NCBI RefSeq assembly: GCF_002787055.1
Contig: NZ_CP024808.1
Coordinates: 490,328-522,327, forward strand
Direction of reading: 5' to 3'
DNA: 32,000 nucleotides
Source of the DNA: Candidatus Nitrosotenuis aquarius
GTDB taxonomy: Archaea; Thermoproteota; Nitrososphaeria; Nitrososphaerales; Nitrosopumilaceae
A program made the translations under genes and the position numbers. Below the pieces are notes generated by a model. It saw only the letters and a list, made by a program, of their open reading frames with translations, made no database searches and had not been told where the DNA came from. Below, piece by piece: positions 30,001 to 32,000 of the stretch; the stretch's first letter is position 1, and each line of letters starts with the position of its first letter.

Positions 30001-32000
30001 TTACTCTTTATCGATGAATTCGTCTGCTGTTGGTGGCTCTGGTGACAGACCCTTTCTCTTTCTAGTATCTGCAATCAGGTTTGCTTGGATTGATTTTGGC
30101 ATTGGAGTCCAAGCTTTGAAGTGAGTGTTCCACATTGCCTTTCCAGCAGTCTGGCCCCTCATTACCTCTGAGATATCAAATGTCTCAGAAGCCGGAATTT
30201 CTCCAGTAATGATACTAGTGACACCTTTTTGCTGCATATCAAGTACCTTGCCGCGTTTTCCAGAAAGTACTGTTGCAACATTTCCAATCATGTCTTGCGG
30301 CACTCTGACCTCAATTCCAAGCATTGGTTCCAATAAAATTGGGTTTGCCTTGAGCATTGCTGCCATGCATGCGCGTCTTGATGCTGGCGATAATTGCGAT
30401 AGACCTCTGTGCGCAGTGTCCTCGTGGGGCACAAAGTGGGTAAATGTGAACTTGCAGTTTCGCACCTGTTCTTTTGCAAGCGGACCTTCCTTCATTACCT
30501 CTTCAAATCCAGACAGAATAGAATCAGATGATTCCTGAATAAACTGGACACCTTTGGTGCCGTTGATCATGATATTTCCTCGCGAGTCAAATCTCATTAC
30601 ACGCTTTGCGGTATCGGTGTCCCAGCCCTTTGACTTGAGAAGGTTTTCCATTTCCTTTTTGTCCTTCATTTCAGATAGTTGTCCTGCGCGAATCATATCT
30701 GCAATTTCTGGCTCTAGTGGCTCTACTTTCATGAAAATCTTGTTGTGCCTGTTTGGTGATTTTGACATTACAACTTCAGATTCATTCTGAATTGTCTCTC
30801 TATAGTTGATGAGTGGCTGCGATGTTACTATTTGCACGCCGGCATCAGCAATTAGTGAGGTGGCAATTTCTAGGTGCAACACACCCATTCCAGCAATTAC
30901 TGTTTCGCCAGATTCTTCGTTGATTTTGACGACTAGGTTTGGATCCTCGATTGTGATTCTTCGCAGTGCCTCGACTAGTTTGGGCAGGTCTTTAGGATAT
31001 TTTGCCTCGACTGCGATTTGCACGACCGGCTCTGAGACATATTTGATTCCTTCAAAGATTGCAACGTCTTTAACAGTAGATAATGTCTGTCCCGCTCGAG
31101 CTTCAGTTAATCCAAGCAACGCCGGAATGTTTCCTGCTCCCAATTCTCCGACCATTTCTCTTTGGTTGCCCATGAAAAAGTTCACAGATTGGATTTTTCC
31201 TTCTCGTTTAGTATCAATTAGGTGTACTGGCATTCCGTCTTTTAGTGTGCCAGAGAATAATCTACCAATGGCCACAGGACCGGCTGCAGGATCCATTGCC
31301 ATATTTACAATCATCATTACTGCAGGTCCATTGTCATCGCAATTCAGAATCGCTTTGCCAATGTCGGATTCTAAATCACCCTTCCAGATTTTTGGAATTC
31401 TGTACTTTTGTGCTACGTGTGGTGGTGGGTGGTGCTTTACAACCATGCCAAGGACTGCTTCTGCCAGTGGTGCTTTCTTTGCCAAGTCATCCACATTTGC
31501 TCCGTCCTGGTATGCCGCGTAAATGTCCTTAAACGAAATTCCTTTTTCCTTCATCACGTCAATGTTAAAGCCCCATCTGTCCTTGGCAGAGCCAAACGAT
31601 ACAGAGCCGTCCTGAATTGAGACCTTCCACTTTTCCTTGTATTCAGGTTCTGCATAGGTATCAATTAGTCCGTTAAAAGTAGAAACAATGTTTGCAAGCC
31701 ATTCTTGCATTTTGTCTGGCGTCAATCTCAGCTCTTTGATGAGTCTGTCGATTTTGTTGATGTACAGTACTGGCCTGACTCGCTCTTCTAGCGCTTGTCT
31801 AGTTACAGTTTCAGTCTGAGTCATAATTCCTTCTACAGAGTCTGATACCACAACTGCACCGTCGATTGCTCTGAGGCTTCTGGTGACACGTCCGGTAAAG
31901 TCAATGTGGCCAGGAGTATCAATCATGTTTACGACGTATTCCTTGTCGCCTTTTTCAAAGAGTAGTGTAACGTTTGCCTGCACAATTGTCATCTGACGGT
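30001..32000 (-). CDS. fusA: archaeal translation elongation factor 2 (aEF-2), lacking about 70 N-terminal codons (runs off the right edge)
   Basis: NMIDTPGHIDFTGRVTRSLRAIDGAVVV (G3/switch II), NKIDRL (G4) and the diphthamide-loop motif HEDTAHRG all support the call. The reading frame continues upstream of the tracked Met to position 32000 (..RQMTIVQANV..). Confidence 0.95.
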   Translation of the reverse strand, partial: RQMTIVQANVTLLFEKGDKEYVVNMIDTPGHIDFTGRVTRSLRAIDGAVVVSDSVEGIMTQTETVTRQALEERVRPVLYINKIDRLIKELRLTPDKMQEWLANIVSTFNGLIDTYAEPEYKEKWKVSIQDGSVSFGSAKDRWGFNIDVMKEKGISFKDIYAAYQDGANVDDLAKKAPLAEAVLGMVVKHHPPPHVAQKYRIPKIWKGDLESDIGKAILNCDDNGPAVMMIVNMAMDPAAGPVAIGRLFSGTLKDGMPVHLIDTKREGKIQSVNFFMGNQREMVGELGAGNIPALLGLTEARAGQTLSTVKDVAIFEGIKYVSEPVVQIAVEAKYPKDLPKLVEALRRITIEDPNLVVKINEESGETVIAGMGVLHLEIATSLIADAGVQIVTSQPLINYRETIQNESEVVMSKSPNRHNKIFMKVEPLEPEIADMIRAGQLSEMKDKKEMENLLKSKGWDTDTAKRVMRFDSRGNIMINGTKGVQFIQESSDSILSGFEEVMKEGPLAKEQVRNCKFTFTHFVPHEDTAHRGLSQLSPASRRACMAAMLKANPILLEPMLGIEVRVPQDMIGNVATVLSGKRGKVLDMQQKGVTSIITGEIPASETFDISEVMRGQTAGKAMWNTHFKAWTPMPKSIQANLIADTRKRKGLSPEPPTADEFIDKE

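Noticed and set aside
30125-31620. Plus-strand ORFs of up to 238 aa opposite aEF-2
   Set aside because: aEF-2 is unambiguous on the minus strand. The antisense ORFs have no motifs or promoter context.
1-32000. CRISPR arrays, rRNA or tRNA genes, transposases or integrases, and prophage boundaries
   Set aside because: I scanned the intergenic regions, all of which are 316 nt or shorter. I found no regularly spaced direct repeats, no tRNA-like T-arm consensus, and no recombinase-like ORF in the track. The tandem repeats present are all intragenic protein-domain repeats.

Overview
This is a compact, almost fully coding archaeal window. The best fit is a marine ammonia-oxidising thaumarchaeon (Nitrosopumilus-like). 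That assignment is inferred from archaeal-only genes (PurP, aEF-2), AT-rich TATA boxes about 25-30 nt upstream of start codons, frequent leaderless GTG/TTG starts, and the gene content. I support about 46 coding features. They include a purine-biosynthesis set: purF (partial), purL and purQ with overlapping stop/start codons, purS separated from them by an antisense CBS gene, and purP 7 kb away. Housekeeping genes are tatC-tatA, ubiX, an SRPBCC protein, msrA, an O-methyltransferase and aEF-2 (partial, right edge). Two giant repeat-built secreted proteins are present. One is 1375 aa with 2 Calx-beta domains, 9 cadherin-like ~95-aa repeats and 22 RTX nonapeptides. The other is 1089 aa with 8 FN3 domains and a Cys-box/TM C-terminal module. 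The FN3 gene heads a co-directional run of secreted-protein genes that includes an MMP-like metzincin. Accessory content includes a RelE/RHH toxin-antitoxin pair beside a DUF151 nuclease, and an orphan Mut7-C/PIN-like gene. It also includes a cupin and 2H-phosphoesterase pair upstream of a long coiled-coil protein. There is a tightly coupled three-gene cassette of unknown function, and a patch of small Cys/His metal-binding proteins. Two genes stand out: a prokaryotic pentameric ligand-gated ion channel homologue, and next to it a recently decayed stand-alone LigD-type 3'-phosphoesterase pseudogene (one nonsense codon plus one 1-nt deletion). Several plausible small genes fall below the ORF-track cutoff: a C2H2 zinc finger, a Gly/Lys-repeat protein, and an ATGA-coupled 50-aa ORF. 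I found no rRNA, tRNA, CRISPR array or transposase. All family assignments come from reading motifs by eye; no database search was run.
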